From assembly GCA_039193795.1 (NCBI GenBank), contig JBCCWI010000011.1, positions 796-64,795 on the forward strand: a stretch of DNA of 64,000 nucleotides. The letters are read 5' to 3'. Positions within the stretch are counted from its first letter, which is position 1. Every line of letters starts with the position of its first letter. Under the pieces are notes generated by a model. It saw nothing but the letters and a program-made list of their open reading frames with translations. It had not been told where the DNA came from and ran no database searches. Of the stretch, positions 41,782 through 51,702 are shown in pieces. Source of the DNA: Actinomycetota bacterium (GTDB lineage: Bacteria > Actinomycetota > Acidimicrobiia > Acidimicrobiales > Aldehydirespiratoraceae). Both the position numbers and the translations under genes were made by a program.

Positions 41782-42669
41782 TCACTCGAAGGGTCGGTCG
41801 TCCCACCACGGGATCGAAGGCGGCATGTCGCTCGACGGGCGGCCGGGGAACTCCGGCGGTCGCTTCTCGAGGAAGCTCATCACGCCCTCGGCGACATCGA
41901 CCCCCCGTCCGAGCTCGTCGATCATCCGGCTGTCGACCTTGTGGGCCTCCATCGGGTGGTCGGCGCCGAGCATCCGCCACAGCAGTTGGCGGGTCGTGGC
42001 GACCGACACCGCCGACGTGCCGTCGGCGAACGACGCCGCCAGCTCCCGGGCCGCGGGAAGGAGATCGTCGGGCGCGTGCACGCTTCGGATCAGCCCCGCC
42101 CGATGCGCTTCGTCGGCCAGGAACACCCGACCGGAGTACGTCCATTCGAGCGCCTGGCTGATGCCGACCAGACGAGGGAGGAACCAGCTCGACGCAGCTT
42201 CGGGCACGATGCCGCGCTTGGCGAAGACGAAGCCGATCTTGGCATCGGACGACGCCAGTCGGATGTCCATCGGGAGGGTCATCGTGATGCCGACGCCGAC
42301 CGCGTGGCCGTTGATCGCGGCGATGACCGGCTTGCGGGATTCGTAGATGCGGGTCGTGACGCGCCCGCCACCGTCGCGGGGCACCCGGGTCGTGTTGTCG
42401 CTGGCGACCCGGTCGGGTTGTTCGGATGCGTTGAACGTGTCGGCGCCGCCGGCGAGGTCGGCTCCGGCGCAGAACGCCCGACCGGCGCCGGTGACGATCA
42501 CCGAACGGACCGAGTCGTCGGCATCGGTGACGTCGAACGCGGCGACCATCTCGCGCACCATCACATTGGTGAACGCGTTGAGCTTGTCGGGCCGGTTGAG
42601 CGTGATCGTGGCGATGCCCGAGTCGTCGGGCCCGGGAAGGTCGAGGGTGATCTGTTCGAAGTCGGTCAT
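41782..42669 (-). CDS. Enoyl-CoA hydratase/isomerase (crotonase) family protein
   Basis: 295 aa. IATITLNRPDKLNAF...VIVTGAGRAFCAGADL...AINGHAVGVGITMTLPMDIRL. Confidence 0.85.
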   Translation of the reverse strand: MTDFEQITLDLPGPDDSGIATITLNRPDKLNAFTNVMVREMVAAFDVTDADDSVRSVIVTGAGRAFCAGADLAGGADTFNASEQPDRVASDNTTRVPRDGGGRVTTRIYESRKPVIAAINGHAVGVGITMTLPMDIRLASSDAKIGFVFAKRGIVPEAASSWFLPRLVGISQALEWTYSGRVFLADEAHRAGLIRSVHAPDDLLPAARELAASFADGTSAVSVATTRQLLWRMLGADHPMEAHKVDSRMIDELGRGVDVAEGVMSFLEKRPPEFPGRPSSDMPPSIPWWDDRPFE

Positions 42670-43874
42670 GACGCCGCCTCCACGACGAAGCAGGCGGTGG
42701 TCGCGGTCGATCCGCCGATGTTGAGGGTGGCGACCCGCGCGGCGCCGTCGACCTGGTAGTCGCCGGCGGTGCCGCTCACCTGCTTGGTGGCGTCGACCAA
42801 CATGCGGGCGCCGGTCGCGCCGACCGGATGGCCACCGCCGATGAGGCCGCCGCTGGGGTTGACCGGCATGTCACCGTCGCGTTCGAGTCGGCCTTCCTCG
42901 ACCGCCTTCCACGACTCGCCGGGTGCGGTGATGCCGAAGTGGTCGATCGCCATGTACTCCGACGGCGTCATGCAGTCGTGGGTCTCGATCGCGTCGAGCT
43001 GGCCCGTTCCTTCGATGCCGGCTCGGCCGAAGGCGTCGGTGATGGCCCGCCGCACGTGCGGCATGACGTACGCCTCGTCGCTCGACCGTTCGAACTTCTG
43101 ATCGATCGGCAGGCCGACGGTCGTGTGGCCCCACCCGCCGATGACCGACCGGGCCGATCGATCGTGCTCGGCGAGCCACCGGTCGCTGACGAGGACGACG
43201 CCGGCTGCGCCGTCGGTGATCTGGGTCACGTCGTTGCGACGGAGCCGTCCCTCGACGACGGGGTTGGCGTCGTCGTCGGCCATGAACGACTCGGGGGTGA
43301 GGGCCCACGCTCGGGTCTGGGCGTTGGGGTTGTCCTTCGCGTTGCGCAGGTTGAGCTCGCCGATCGCACGCAGGTGTTGCTCGTCGATGCCGTAGCGGCG
43401 GTCGTACTCACCGGCCACCCGCTCGAAGGCGTACGGCCAGAAGAACTCGATGCCCTCGGTCTCGTGCCCGACCCATGCGGCTGCGGTCTGAACGGCGGCG
43501 GCCGGCCCACCCGGCATCGTCTTCTCCTGCTCGACGCCGAGCACGAGCACACAGTCGTAGCGGCCGGCTTCGATCTCGGCCATGCCCGCCAGCACGGCCA
43601 TCGACGACGAGGCGCACGCGGCCTCGTGGCGCATCGCCGGCACGCCCCACAGGTCCGGCTCCACGGTCGCCGGCATCGCGCCGAGGTGGCCCTGGCCGGT
43701 GTAGAGCTGCCCGAAGGCGTTGCCGACGTGGATGCTCTCGACCGCCGTCGCATCGATGCCGGCGTCGGCCAGGGTGGCGGCGACGACGTCGGCGGTGAGG
43801 TCGGCGATGTCGCGGTCGGTCTTGGCGAGATTGTCGGCGAAGTCGGTCTGATGGACCCCGAGGATGTTGGTCAT
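42666..43874 (-). CDS. Thiolase-family protein (SCP-x/lipid-transfer-type acetyl-CoA acetyltransferase)
   Basis: 402 aa. RHEAACASSSMAVLAGMAEIEAGRYDCVLVLGVE (active-site Cys region), ETHDCMTPSE and NPSGGLIGGGHPVGATG. 4-nt overlap with the crotonase gene. Confidence 0.85.
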   Translation of the reverse strand: MTNILGVHQTDFADNLAKTDRDIADLTADVVAATLADAGIDATAVESIHVGNAFGQLYTGQGHLGAMPATVEPDLWGVPAMRHEAACASSSMAVLAGMAEIEAGRYDCVLVLGVEQEKTMPGGPAAAVQTAAAWVGHETEGIEFFWPYAFERVAGEYDRRYGIDEQHLRAIGELNLRNAKDNPNAQTRAWALTPESFMADDDANPVVEGRLRRNDVTQITDGAAGVVLVSDRWLAEHDRSARSVIGGWGHTTVGLPIDQKFERSSDEAYVMPHVRRAITDAFGRAGIEGTGQLDAIETHDCMTPSEYMAIDHFGITAPGESWKAVEEGRLERDGDMPVNPSGGLIGGGHPVGATGARMLVDATKQVSGTAGDYQVDGAARVATLNIGGSTATTACFVVEAAS

Positions 43875-44034
43875 GAGCGGTCTCCTGTCGCCGGCCGCCG
43901 CGAGCGGTCGCTGGCGATCTCATCGTCGCGCAGATGCTCGGCTGGACGGAGCGGAACCGCTCGGCGGACGAGGTCGTCGATCGTGACGGGAACGGGCATC
44001 GGGCCATGTTCGCAGACGTGACGCCGAGACACCC

Positions 44035-45534
44035 ATGGGCCAGCATGGGGTCATGAAGGTCGAGATGCGTCACGAGGTTCACGGCGGGCTCCCGCCGGGC
44101 GACGATCACCCGTATCGCAGCGGCGTCTGGCGCCCCCAGTACCGCGAGTACGACGCTTGGGATCTCGCGGTCATCGGCGAGATCCCCGACGATCTCGCCG
44201 GCGTGTATCTGCGCAACACCGAGACCGCGGTCTTCGAACCGGCGAAGCGGTACCACCCCTTCGACGGCGACGGCATGATCCACTCGATCGGGTTCGCGGG
44301 CGGTGAGGCGAGGTACGCGAACCGGTTCGTGCGCACCGAGGGCTTCCTCGCCGAACAGGAGGCCGGCCGGTCGCTCTGGGCGGGAATCGCCGAGCATCCG
44401 TCGAACGCGGTCGCCGACCACGGGTGGGGGGCTCGGTCGATGATGAAGGACAACGCCTCCACCGATGTCATCGTCCACCGCGGCGAGGCGCTCGCCAGCT
44501 TCTACCAGTGCGGGGAGCTCTACCGACTCGACCCGCACACGCTCGAGACCCGGGGTACGACCGAGTGGGATGGCTTCTTCCCGCCCGAGGGGGTGTCGGC
44601 GCACCCGCGGGTCGACGAGCACACCGGCGAGCTGCTCTTCTTCAACTACGGCGTCAACGCGCCCTACATGCACTACGGCGTGGTCAGCGCCGAGGGCGAG
44701 CTCGTCACCTACATCGACGTTCCGCTGCCCGGGCCCCGGCTGCCCCACGACATGATGTTCACCGAACACTGGACGATCCTCAACGACCTGCCGTTGTTCT
44801 GGGATCCCGAAGCGCTGGAGGCGGGCTACTACTCCAATGTCTTCCGCCGCGATCTCCCGAGCCGATTCGCCCTCGTGCCTCGCCATGGCTCCACCGATGA
44901 CATCCGCTGGTTCGAGGCCGATCCGACCTTCGTCCTGCATTGGATCAACGCTCATGAGGACGGCGACGAGGTCGTGCTCGACGGCTTCTTCCAGCACAAC
45001 CCGACGGCCCGCGGCATCGACCGCAGCGCCAACGCCGACCCTCGCTACAAGGGTTTCGAGACACTCGACATGAACGTGCTTCAGGCCCGGGCTCATCGCT
45101 GGCGGTTCAACCTCGTCACTGGCGAGACCACCGAGGAGCCGTTGAGCGAGACCTGCACGGAGTTCCCGATGATCAACGGGCAGCACTGGGGACGTCCGTA
45201 CCGCTACAGCTACAACGCCCGGTGCGCCCATGGCATCTTCGCCTTCGACGGGCTCGTCAAACACGACCTCGCAACGGGCGAGGAGCGGCTGTGGGAGGCA
45301 CCCGCAGGGACGTTCGTGAGCGAGACCGTCGTCGCGCCGAAGCTCGGTTCGGCCGCGGAGGACGACGCCTATCTGCTCACCTTCTCGTGCGATCTCGTGA
45401 ACGACGAATCGCACTGTGAGATCTTCGAGGCCGCCGACCCGGTCGCCGGGCCGATCGCTCGGGTCAAGCTGCCCGAGCGGATCTCGTCCGGGACCCACGC
45501 CACCTGGGCGCCGGCATCGCAGCTCGGCGGCTAG
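44035..45534 (+). CDS. Carotenoid oxygenase (carotenoid/stilbene cleavage dioxygenase, RPE65) family protein
   Basis: 499 aa; the start may be MKVEM at 44053. YHPFDGDGMIHSIGF..., NASTDVIVHRGEALA, PHDMMFTEHW and HWINAHEDGDEVV. Confidence 0.85.
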   Translation: MGQHGVMKVEMRHEVHGGLPPGDDHPYRSGVWRPQYREYDAWDLAVIGEIPDDLAGVYLRNTETAVFEPAKRYHPFDGDGMIHSIGFAGGEARYANRFVRTEGFLAEQEAGRSLWAGIAEHPSNAVADHGWGARSMMKDNASTDVIVHRGEALASFYQCGELYRLDPHTLETRGTTEWDGFFPPEGVSAHPRVDEHTGELLFFNYGVNAPYMHYGVVSAEGELVTYIDVPLPGPRLPHDMMFTEHWTILNDLPLFWDPEALEAGYYSNVFRRDLPSRFALVPRHGSTDDIRWFEADPTFVLHWINAHEDGDEVVLDGFFQHNPTARGIDRSANADPRYKGFETLDMNVLQARAHRWRFNLVTGETTEEPLSETCTEFPMINGQHWGRPYRYSYNARCAHGIFAFDGLVKHDLATGEERLWEAPAGTFVSETVVAPKLGSAAEDDAYLLTFSCDLVNDESHCEIFEAADPVAGPIARVKLPERISSGTHATWAPASQLGG

Positions 45535-46382
45535 CCGGCGTCGGCCGGGATCAGCGGTTCGATCGCGTTCCAGATCGTGCGACGCACCATGTCGTGGTGG
45601 AGGTACGCGTCGATCGCGTGCCACGGGCTCCCGGTGTCGAGGACGAGGTCGATGATCGCCGGCTCGCCGTCGGTGTCGGGGAAGAGCGGGGCGAGTTCGT
45701 TCACGAGGGCGACCGGCTCGTTCGGGTGGGAGATGTTGACCCAACGACGCACGGTCGTCGGCATGCGGTCCGGCACCGACAGGCGGCGCCGGACGTACCC
45801 CTCGACGCCGAGGGGCGAACCGAGTGTGATCAGTGCATCGAGTTCGAGTCCGGTCGCGTGGATGGCCTCGAGGGCGACGATCGAGCCCATCGAATGGGCG
45901 ACGATGACGCGGGTCGCCGAGCCGACGACGTCGGCGAAGCGCTCGAGCACGACGTCACGGGTGCCGTCGAGGTTCTCGAAGAACGCCGGGACCTGCCAGA
46001 GGTTGAACGCCGAGACACGATCGGCCGCCAGGTTGCCGGCGGCCACCACCGCATCGGAGTCCGACCAGCGGTTGGCGACCTCGGCGAGATCGGTGAGGCG
46101 CTCGGGTTTCACCTCGTCGTACGCAGCGTGGGCCTCGTCGACGACGTCGCCGAGGGTCCGGCGCACCGTCGCCCAGGTCGACTCGGCGGCGCGCTCAGCC
46201 GCCGCGTCGCCGGCGTACCACGACCAGTCCTGGTAGTAGGCGAGTGCGCTGTTTTCCCGCAGCCAGTCGTCGAAACGCGCCGGTGCCGGGGCCGCCAGGG
46301 CGTCGATCCAGGTTGCACGAGCCTCGTCGGCTCCGGGTCCCGGTGGGGGTCCGACGCCGTGGACGAAGACGATGGGCGCCAT
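45531..46382 (-). CDS. Alpha/beta-hydrolase fold protein (lipase/esterase-like)
   Basis: C-terminal 283 aa of ORF 45531..46631, starting MAPIVFVHGVG. Nucleophile-elbow motif VIVAHSMGS. Confidence 0.55.
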   Translation of the reverse strand: MAPIVFVHGVGPPPGPGADEARATWIDALAAPAPARFDDWLRENSALAYYQDWSWYAGDAAAERAAESTWATVRRTLGDVVDEAHAAYDEVKPERLTDLAEVANRWSDSDAVVAAGNLAADRVSAFNLWQVPAFFENLDGTRDVVLERFADVVGSATRVIVAHSMGSIVALEAIHATGLELDALITLGSPLGVEGYVRRRLSVPDRMPTTVRRWVNISHPNEPVALVNELAPLFPDTDGEPAIIDLVLDTGSPWHAIDAYLHHDMVRRTIWNAIEPLIPADAG

Positions 46383-46389
46383 CGGGCGA

Positions 46390-46746
46390 TCAGAGTTCGA
46401 ACGTGGCGCGGGTGAGGACCTCGCCCTCGGTGATCTCGGCGGTCGCCTCACGACGCGTGCCGAACAGCCAGACCGCGCCGTCGGGATCGGCCTCGAGGTT
46501 CTTGATCCACTGGGAGTCGCGCCGCACGGTCGACACGTCGATGCGATCGCCGATGCGGGTTGCCAGCAGCGGGACTTCGCGGGTCTTGCCGCTCTTGCGG
46601 CCGGTCGTCTCGACGACCACGACGCCGACACCGATCGGCAGTGGCGACGTGAGGCCGGCCTTGGCGAGGGGGCGAACGACCGAGTTCAGCGTGCGGAAGC
46701 CCTGCTGGACGGCCGTCTTCTGGAGTTCTTCGAAGAGGGGGATCAC
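46390..46746 (-). CDS. Deazaflavin (F420)-dependent nitroreductase family (DDN-like) small oxidoreductase
   Basis: 118 aa. [47 protein letters not shown] fits the split-barrel DDN-type family. Confidence 0.65.
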   Translation of the reverse strand: MIPLFEELQKTAVQQGFRTLNSVVRPLAKAGLTSPLPIGVGVVVVETTGRKSGKTREVPLLATRIGDRIDVSTVRRDSQWIKNLEADPDGAVWLFGTRREATAEITEGEVLTRATFEL

Positions 46747-46755
46747 CCCTCCAGG

Positions 46756-47475
46756 CTACGGGAAGGCGACCTCGTCGAGGAACCAGTCGACCAGGCGGTG
46801 GCAGCGTTCGGTGTTGCCGGCCTCGCGTTCGGTCATCTCGGCCACCATCTCCTCGGGCACCACGCCGATCTCGGCCAGGTAGTCCGGCGGCGCCTCGCGC
46901 AGGAACCCGCGGACGTGCCCGACGTCGACCTCGGGGTGGAACTGGGTGCCGACGGATCGACCGATGCGGATCAGCTGGGTCGACGAGCCGTTGCGGGCCA
47001 GCACCTCGGCCTCGGCGGGCGGATGAAAGCGGTCGTGGTGCCACTCGAACCACGGGCCGTCCGCGAGGACGGCGGGTGCGCCGTCGACGGGCTCGAGGTC
47101 GTACCAGCCGACCTCGGTCACCGGCGCGACCTCGACCGATCCGCCGAGGGCGTCTGCGATCAGCTGACCGCCGAAGCAGACGCCCAGGATCGGCTGGTCG
47201 GCGCTGACCGATCGACGGATCTCGGCCAGTTCGTCGTGGACCCAGTGGGAGATGGCGTCCTTGTCGGCGAGCGAGCGCACCGAGCCCATCAGCACCACCA
47301 GGTCGAAGTCGGCCCAGTCGGGCCAGGGCTCGAACTCCTGTGGCTCGTCGTAGTCGGCGGTGAGCACGTGGGTGTGGACGGTGAAGCCGCGTTCGGCCAG
47401 ACGGACCCCGACCTGCCCGCTCGGACCGTCGGGCTCGTGGGCGATGACCAGGGCGGTGCGGTGGGGGTCGCTCAC
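46756..47475 (-). CDS. Class I glutamine amidotransferase-like protein
   Basis: GTG start at 47475 (VSDPHRTALVIAHEPDG) overlaps the upstream stop. Contains ILGVCFGGQLIADALGG and GTQFHPEVD. Confidence 0.75.
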   Translation of the reverse strand: MSDPHRTALVIAHEPDGPSGQVGVRLAERGFTVHTHVLTADYDEPQEFEPWPDWADFDLVVLMGSVRSLADKDAISHWVHDELAEIRRSVSADQPILGVCFGGQLIADALGGSVEVAPVTEVGWYDLEPVDGAPAVLADGPWFEWHHDRFHPPAEAEVLARNGSSTQLIRIGRSVGTQFHPEVDVGHVRGFLREAPPDYLAEIGVVPEEMVAEMTEREAGNTERCHRLVDWFLDEVAFP

Positions 47476-48332
47476 AGGTCGAACCACACGTGAGCCTGGC
47501 CGGTGCCCGACACCGACTCGTACGCCCCGAACTGGGTGCCCTTGGCCGTGCACGTCGCGCCGCCGAGCGCCCCGACCATCGTGAGGTAGTGGCCGAAGTA
47601 GCCCTCGGGCGCGTGCTGACCGTACTCAGGCACGAAGTCGAGGATGGCGGCGTGGTCGCCGGCCTTCATCCACTCGAGCACCTGGCGGTCGGCGGCACAC
47701 GCCTCCGGCGTGCGGACGTGGAGGTCGGGGTCGGCGGCCTCGTGGTCCCGGAACTGGCGCAGCGGCCAGAACCGGTGGCTGAGCCCACCCGACGCGAGGA
47801 TCACGACCCGACGGTCGAGGCCGGCGATCGCTTCGGCGAGCAGCTGGCCGAACAGGAGGAAGTCGTACGGCTCGCCGGTCTGGACGACGCCGGCCGAGAG
47901 CCAGCGCTCGTCACCCTGGAGGAAGGGCAGGAGGTTGATCGTCGGGTAGTGCACCGGAAGGTACGGGTCGTCGATCGGGGTGATCCAGGTGTCGTCTCGA
48001 CGCTCGCCTGCGGCCGCCCAGGCTTCGGCGAGCTCGCGATCGCCGGGCATGTCGTAGGGCATCTGTCGCATCCCGCGGGGGAGTTCCTCGGAGGTGTAGA
48101 TCCCGGTTCGGCGGTCGTGGCTGGCCACGATGTGCTCGATCGTGGTGAACCAGTGCGTGTCGATCACGACGACGGTGTCGGCCTGCGCCGGCCCGAGCTT
48201 CTCGGACCGGAGGTCGTGGAGACCCTGGAACAGGCTGGTGTCCTCGCCGTCGTTGAGTTCCCGCCGGATCTGCTCGGGCAGGACGAGGGGTGGGACGTGG
48301 GAGACGAGTGCGGCGCCGACGATGCTTCCCAT
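47472..48332 (-). CDS. Class III (LigB-type) extradiol ring-cleavage dioxygenase
   Basis: 286 aa. MGSIVGAALVSHVPPL..., VVIDTHWF, PVHYPTINLLPF and ILASGGLSHRFWPL. Confidence 0.8.
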   Translation of the reverse strand: MGSIVGAALVSHVPPLVLPEQIRRELNDGEDTSLFQGLHDLRSEKLGPAQADTVVVIDTHWFTTIEHIVASHDRRTGIYTSEELPRGMRQMPYDMPGDRELAEAWAAAGERRDDTWITPIDDPYLPVHYPTINLLPFLQGDERWLSAGVVQTGEPYDFLLFGQLLAEAIAGLDRRVVILASGGLSHRFWPLRQFRDHEAADPDLHVRTPEACAADRQVLEWMKAGDHAAILDFVPEYGQHAPEGYFGHYLTMVGALGGATCTAKGTQFGAYESVSGTGQAHVWFDL

Positions 48333-48339
48333 GGTTCTC

Positions 48340-49608
48340 CTAGGCGATGACCTTGACGGGCAGGGTCTTGATCCCGGCGATGAAGTTCGAGCGTAGGTGC
48401 TGGATCTCGCCGTTCGGTTCGAGGCGGTCGACCCGCTTGGCGAGCTCTTCGAAGACGAGTCGCAGCTCCATCCGGGCGAGCCAGGCGCCGAGGCAGAGGT
48501 GAGGGCCGTTGCGGCCGAACGCCATGTGGTCGTTCTTCTCGCGTTCCATGTCGAAGCGCCACGGGTGCTCGAAGCCGTCCTCGTCGTGATTCGCCGAGTT
48601 GAACCAGATCACGACCTTGTCCCCGGCCCTGATCGCCTTTCCGCCGAACTCGACGTCGCGGGTCGCCGTTCGACGGAAGTGCATGGTGACGGCGCTGGTG
48701 CGCAGCACCTCCTCGGTGGTGGTGGCCAGGAGCTCGGGTCGGGCTCGCAGGGTCTGCCACAGCTCCGGGTGGTTCATGAAGTTCCACATGCCATGGGTCA
48801 TCGAATACCGGGTGGTGTCGTTGCCGGCCGCGACGAGCAGGGTGAAGAAGTTGTTGAACTCGCGATCGGTGAGCGGCGTGCCGTCCTTGGTCGGTTCGAG
48901 CAGCTGGCTGATGATGTCGCCGGTGGGGCAGTGCCGACGCTCGGCGGCCCGTTCCTGGGCGAACCGGAAGATCTCGATGGCGGCGGGGGAGCGGAACGGC
49001 ACCATGCGGAACTCGTCGGTGTCGACCAGATCGACGGGGTGGTCGGTGAAGTCCGGGTCGGTGTTGCCCAGCAGTGCGTCGCCCCAGGCGACCAGCTGGC
49101 GGCCGTGCTCGTCGCTCGTGCCGAGCAGCTTGCCGAGCATGCGCATCGGGAGTTCTTCGGCGATGTCGTGCACGAAGTCGAACTCGTCGTTGCGGAGCGC
49201 GCGCTCCACGACCTCGGCGGCCAACTCGCGGATCGGCTCCTCGTAGGTCTCGACCGTGCGCCGGGTGAAGCCCTTGTTGACGAGGCGGCGGTACCGGGTG
49301 TGCTCCGGGGGGTCCATCTCCATCATCGTCTTGCGGGCCGCGTTCTCGTCGGCGTCCATCTCCTCGAGGCGGATGCCCTGTTCGGAGGTGAACGTCTCGA
49401 CGTCGCGGCTGACCGCGAGCGCGTCCCGGTACTTCAGGATCGACCAGAAACCGGAGGCGTCGGCCTCGGGGGTCCAGTGCACCGGGTCCTCGCGGCGCAG
49501 GCGGGCGAAGGTCGCGTGCGGCACCCCCTGGGTGTAGGTGTCATGCGAGGTGATGTCGGCGTCGTCGGGACCGAGGTCGGCGAGATAGTCGTCGACGAAC
49601 GTGCTCAT
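48340..49608 (-). CDS. Cytochrome P450 monooxygenase
   Basis: Start MSTFVDDYL at 49608 (ATGA overlap with the upstream gene). EMDPPEHTRYRRLV, AGNDTTR, and the heme-binding FGRNGPHLCLGAWLA. Confidence 0.9.
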   Translation of the reverse strand: MSTFVDDYLADLGPDDADITSHDTYTQGVPHATFARLRREDPVHWTPEADASGFWSILKYRDALAVSRDVETFTSEQGIRLEEMDADENAARKTMMEMDPPEHTRYRRLVNKGFTRRTVETYEEPIRELAAEVVERALRNDEFDFVHDIAEELPMRMLGKLLGTSDEHGRQLVAWGDALLGNTDPDFTDHPVDLVDTDEFRMVPFRSPAAIEIFRFAQERAAERRHCPTGDIISQLLEPTKDGTPLTDREFNNFFTLLVAAGNDTTRYSMTHGMWNFMNHPELWQTLRARPELLATTTEEVLRTSAVTMHFRRTATRDVEFGGKAIRAGDKVVIWFNSANHDEDGFEHPWRFDMEREKNDHMAFGRNGPHLCLGAWLARMELRLVFEELAKRVDRLEPNGEIQHLRSNFIAGIKTLPVKVIA

Positions 49609-50435
49609 CGGTCGGTCCGGGGTGCGGCCGCCATCGGGTTGGGGCCGGCCCAGACCGTGGTGCCGCCGCCCATCGAGTTGCCGACCTGGCGGTAGTAGCC
49701 ACCGATGATCTCGTACGGGGCGAGTCGGGCCAGCTCCTCGGTGGGGTTGTCGAAGATGTCGAGTTCGGCGTCGCCGGAGTACACCGGGCCGAGCTCGACG
49801 TCGTGGCCGCGCATGGTCACGAGCTCGTCGAGGGAGTCGCGTCCGTCCATCTCGATCGCCGGCATCTGCCGGGTGTGCAGCATCGGGTGGCCGTTGACGA
49901 ACCCCGCCGTCTCGGCCGTCCCGGTGATCGTGAAGCGGGCGTCGGCGATGCGGCGGCCCCACGTGGACAGCGTGGCGCCGAAGCGGCCGCCCGGCTCGAG
50001 CCGGGGACCGGCCTTGCCGATCGTGATCGCCCGGGTCATCCAGATCTCACTCATCTTCTTCGGGTAGCCCTGCACATGTCCCCGGGCCATCGCGAAGTCC
50101 TTGTCGACCCAGATGTAGGCGGCCCGGCTGTAGATCTGGCCCTCGTACTGGCAGCGGACGACGAGGAAGACCTCCTTGTACTGCGCCCGCGCCGGGTCGA
50201 GGAGCTCTTCGAAGGAGTCTGAGCAGCTCTGCCACTCGGCCCAGATCAGGGCGCAGGCGCCGGGGTCGTCGTCGACCGGCTCCAAGCCGTCGGGCAACAG
50301 CTCGGCGACGTTGGCCGGATCGGTGCGGAACTCGACGGTGAGCATCTCGCCCGAGTAGTGCCACGGCGGCCCGGGGAGGATGCCGCCGGCGCCGGTCGGT
50401 GTCCGCGGGTACATGAAGCCCTGGAGTTCTGCCAT
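49605..50435 (-). CDS. Acetoacetate decarboxylase (ADC) family protein
   Basis: 276 aa. YPRTPTGAGGILPGPPWHYSGEMLTVEFRTDPANVAELLP...KEVFLVVRCQYEG is the typical ADC-family pattern. Confidence 0.75.
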   Translation of the reverse strand: MAELQGFMYPRTPTGAGGILPGPPWHYSGEMLTVEFRTDPANVAELLPDGLEPVDDDPGACALIWAEWQSCSDSFEELLDPARAQYKEVFLVVRCQYEGQIYSRAAYIWVDKDFAMARGHVQGYPKKMSEIWMTRAITIGKAGPRLEPGGRFGATLSTWGRRIADARFTITGTAETAGFVNGHPMLHTRQMPAIEMDGRDSLDELVTMRGHDVELGPVYSGDAELDIFDNPTEELARLAPYEIIGGYYRQVGNSMGGGTTVWAGPNPMAAAPRTDR

Positions 50436-50451
50436 GCACCGAGCCTATTCG

Positions 50452-50463
50452 TTTGGTACCGAA
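50452..50463. promoter_or_regulatory. Candidate operator, site A (TTTGGTACCGAA; 11/12 match to the palindrome TTCGGTACCGAA)
   Basis: Lies in the 79-bp divergent region between the ADC-family operon (start 50435, -) and the acyl-CoA dehydrogenase (start 50515, +). Locally AT-richer context ctaTTCGTTTGGTACCGAATgattc. Confidence 0.4.
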
Positions 50464-50514
50464 TGATTCAACCGAGCGGGTTCCCGACGGTCGGTTCTGG
50501 AAGGATGCGAGACG

Positions 50515-51702
50515 ATGACCGACGCACCGACACCCGACGATGCCAAACCGGAGGACTTCGACGACATCCGTGTCGAGGTCCGGCGCCTGTGCGACACGTA
50601 CGGCAACGAGTACTGGCGAGGTCTCGAACCCGATCGCTACCCGACCGAGTTCGTCACCGAGCTCACCGATCAGGGCTGGCTCGGGTCGCTGATCCCCGGG
50701 GAGTACGGGGGTGGTGGTCTGAGCCTCGCCGGCGCGTCGGTGATCCTCGAGGAGATCTCCGCCAGCGGCGGCAACCCGTCGGCGTGCCACGCCCAGATGT
50801 ACGTGATGGGGACCGTGTTGCGGCACGGCTCCGATGAGCAGAAGCGGCACTACCTCCCCCAGGTCGCCGACGGGCGCAAGCGACTCCAGGCGTTCGGTGT
50901 CACCGAACCCTCCGCCGGTTCCGAGACCACCGCGATCCGCACCCGAGCCGAACGCGACGGCGACACCTGGCGCATCAACGGCCAGAAGATCTGGACCAGC
51001 CGCGCCGAGCACTCCGATCTCATGGTGCTCCTCGCCCGCACGACCCCGGCCGACGACGTCGTCAACCGGACGGAGGGTCTGTCGGTGTTCCTCGTCGAGA
51101 TGCGCGGCGACGACGGTGCGCTCGTCCCCGGGCTGACGATCAACCCGATCAAGACGATGATGAACCACAACAGCACCGAGGTGTTCTTCGACGATGTGGT
51201 CGTCCCCGCCGACGCACTGATCGGTACCGAGGGCATGGGGTTCCGTCACATCCTCGACGGCATGAACGCCGAACGCATCCTGATCGCTGCGGAGTGCATC
51301 GGCGACGGTCGCTTCTTCCTCGACAGGGCGAGCGGCTACGCCAACGAGCGGGAGGTGTTCGGGCGCCCGATCGGCATGAACCAGGGCGTCGCCTTCCCGC
51401 TCGCCAAGGCCTACGCCAACCTCGAGGCCGCCGATCTGATGCGCTGGAAGGCCGCCAACCTCTTCGATGCCGGTGCCTCGTGCGCCGCCGAGGCGAACAT
51501 GGCGAAGATGCTCGCCTCGGAGGCCTCGTGGGAAGCGGGGAACGCCGCGGTCCAGACGTTCGGCGGCTTCGGCTTCGCCGAGGAGTACGACATCGAACGC
51601 AAACTGCGCGAGACCCGCCTCTACCAAGTCGCCCCGATCAACAACAATCTCGTGCTCGCCTTCCTCGCCCAGAAGTGCCTGGGACTGCCGAAGAGCTACT
51701 GA
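50515..51702 (+). CDS. Acyl-CoA dehydrogenase
   Basis: 395 aa. FGVTEPSAGSETTAIRTRAERDGDTWRINGQKIWTS and QTFGGFGFAEEYDIERKLRETRLYQVAP. Confidence 0.9.
   Translation: MTDAPTPDDAKPEDFDDIRVEVRRLCDTYGNEYWRGLEPDRYPTEFVTELTDQGWLGSLIPGEYGGGGLSLAGASVILEEISASGGNPSACHAQMYVMGTVLRHGSDEQKRHYLPQVADGRKRLQAFGVTEPSAGSETTAIRTRAERDGDTWRINGQKIWTSRAEHSDLMVLLARTTPADDVVNRTEGLSVFLVEMRGDDGALVPGLTINPIKTMMNHNSTEVFFDDVVVPADALIGTEGMGFRHILDGMNAERILIAAECIGDGRFFLDRASGYANEREVFGRPIGMNQGVAFPLAKAYANLEAADLMRWKAANLFDAGASCAAEANMAKMLASEASWEAGNAAVQTFGGFGFAEEYDIERKLRETRLYQVAPINNNLVLAFLAQKCLGLPKSY

Noticed and set aside
43408-45744. 778-aa minus-strand ORF. The same reasoning applies to 26288..28522, 32124..34196, 28636..30633 and 6721..8451.
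   Set aside because: All lie antisense to genes with clear family motifs: carotenoid oxygenase, DUF917/GNAT, soxA-like, MFS and acyl-CoA synthetase. All show the same Arg/Pro/Gly-rich shadow-ORF composition.
46744-46758. GATase1-like and DDN-like ORFs share one frame, raising the possibility of stop-codon read-through or recoding
   Set aside because: The separating stop is TAG, not TGA. A 9-nt spacer and the downstream gene's own GTG start follow it. The two parts are unrelated complete domains, and no redox-motif column is involved.
51221-51230. TCGGTACCGA core inside the acyl-CoA dehydrogenase coding region. Other GGTACC-containing sequences lie at 994..999 and 31814..31825.
   Set aside because: They are intragenic and match only the central bases of the TTCGGTACCGAA box, without the conserved flanks. 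I did not count them as operator sites, although 51221..51230 cannot be excluded.
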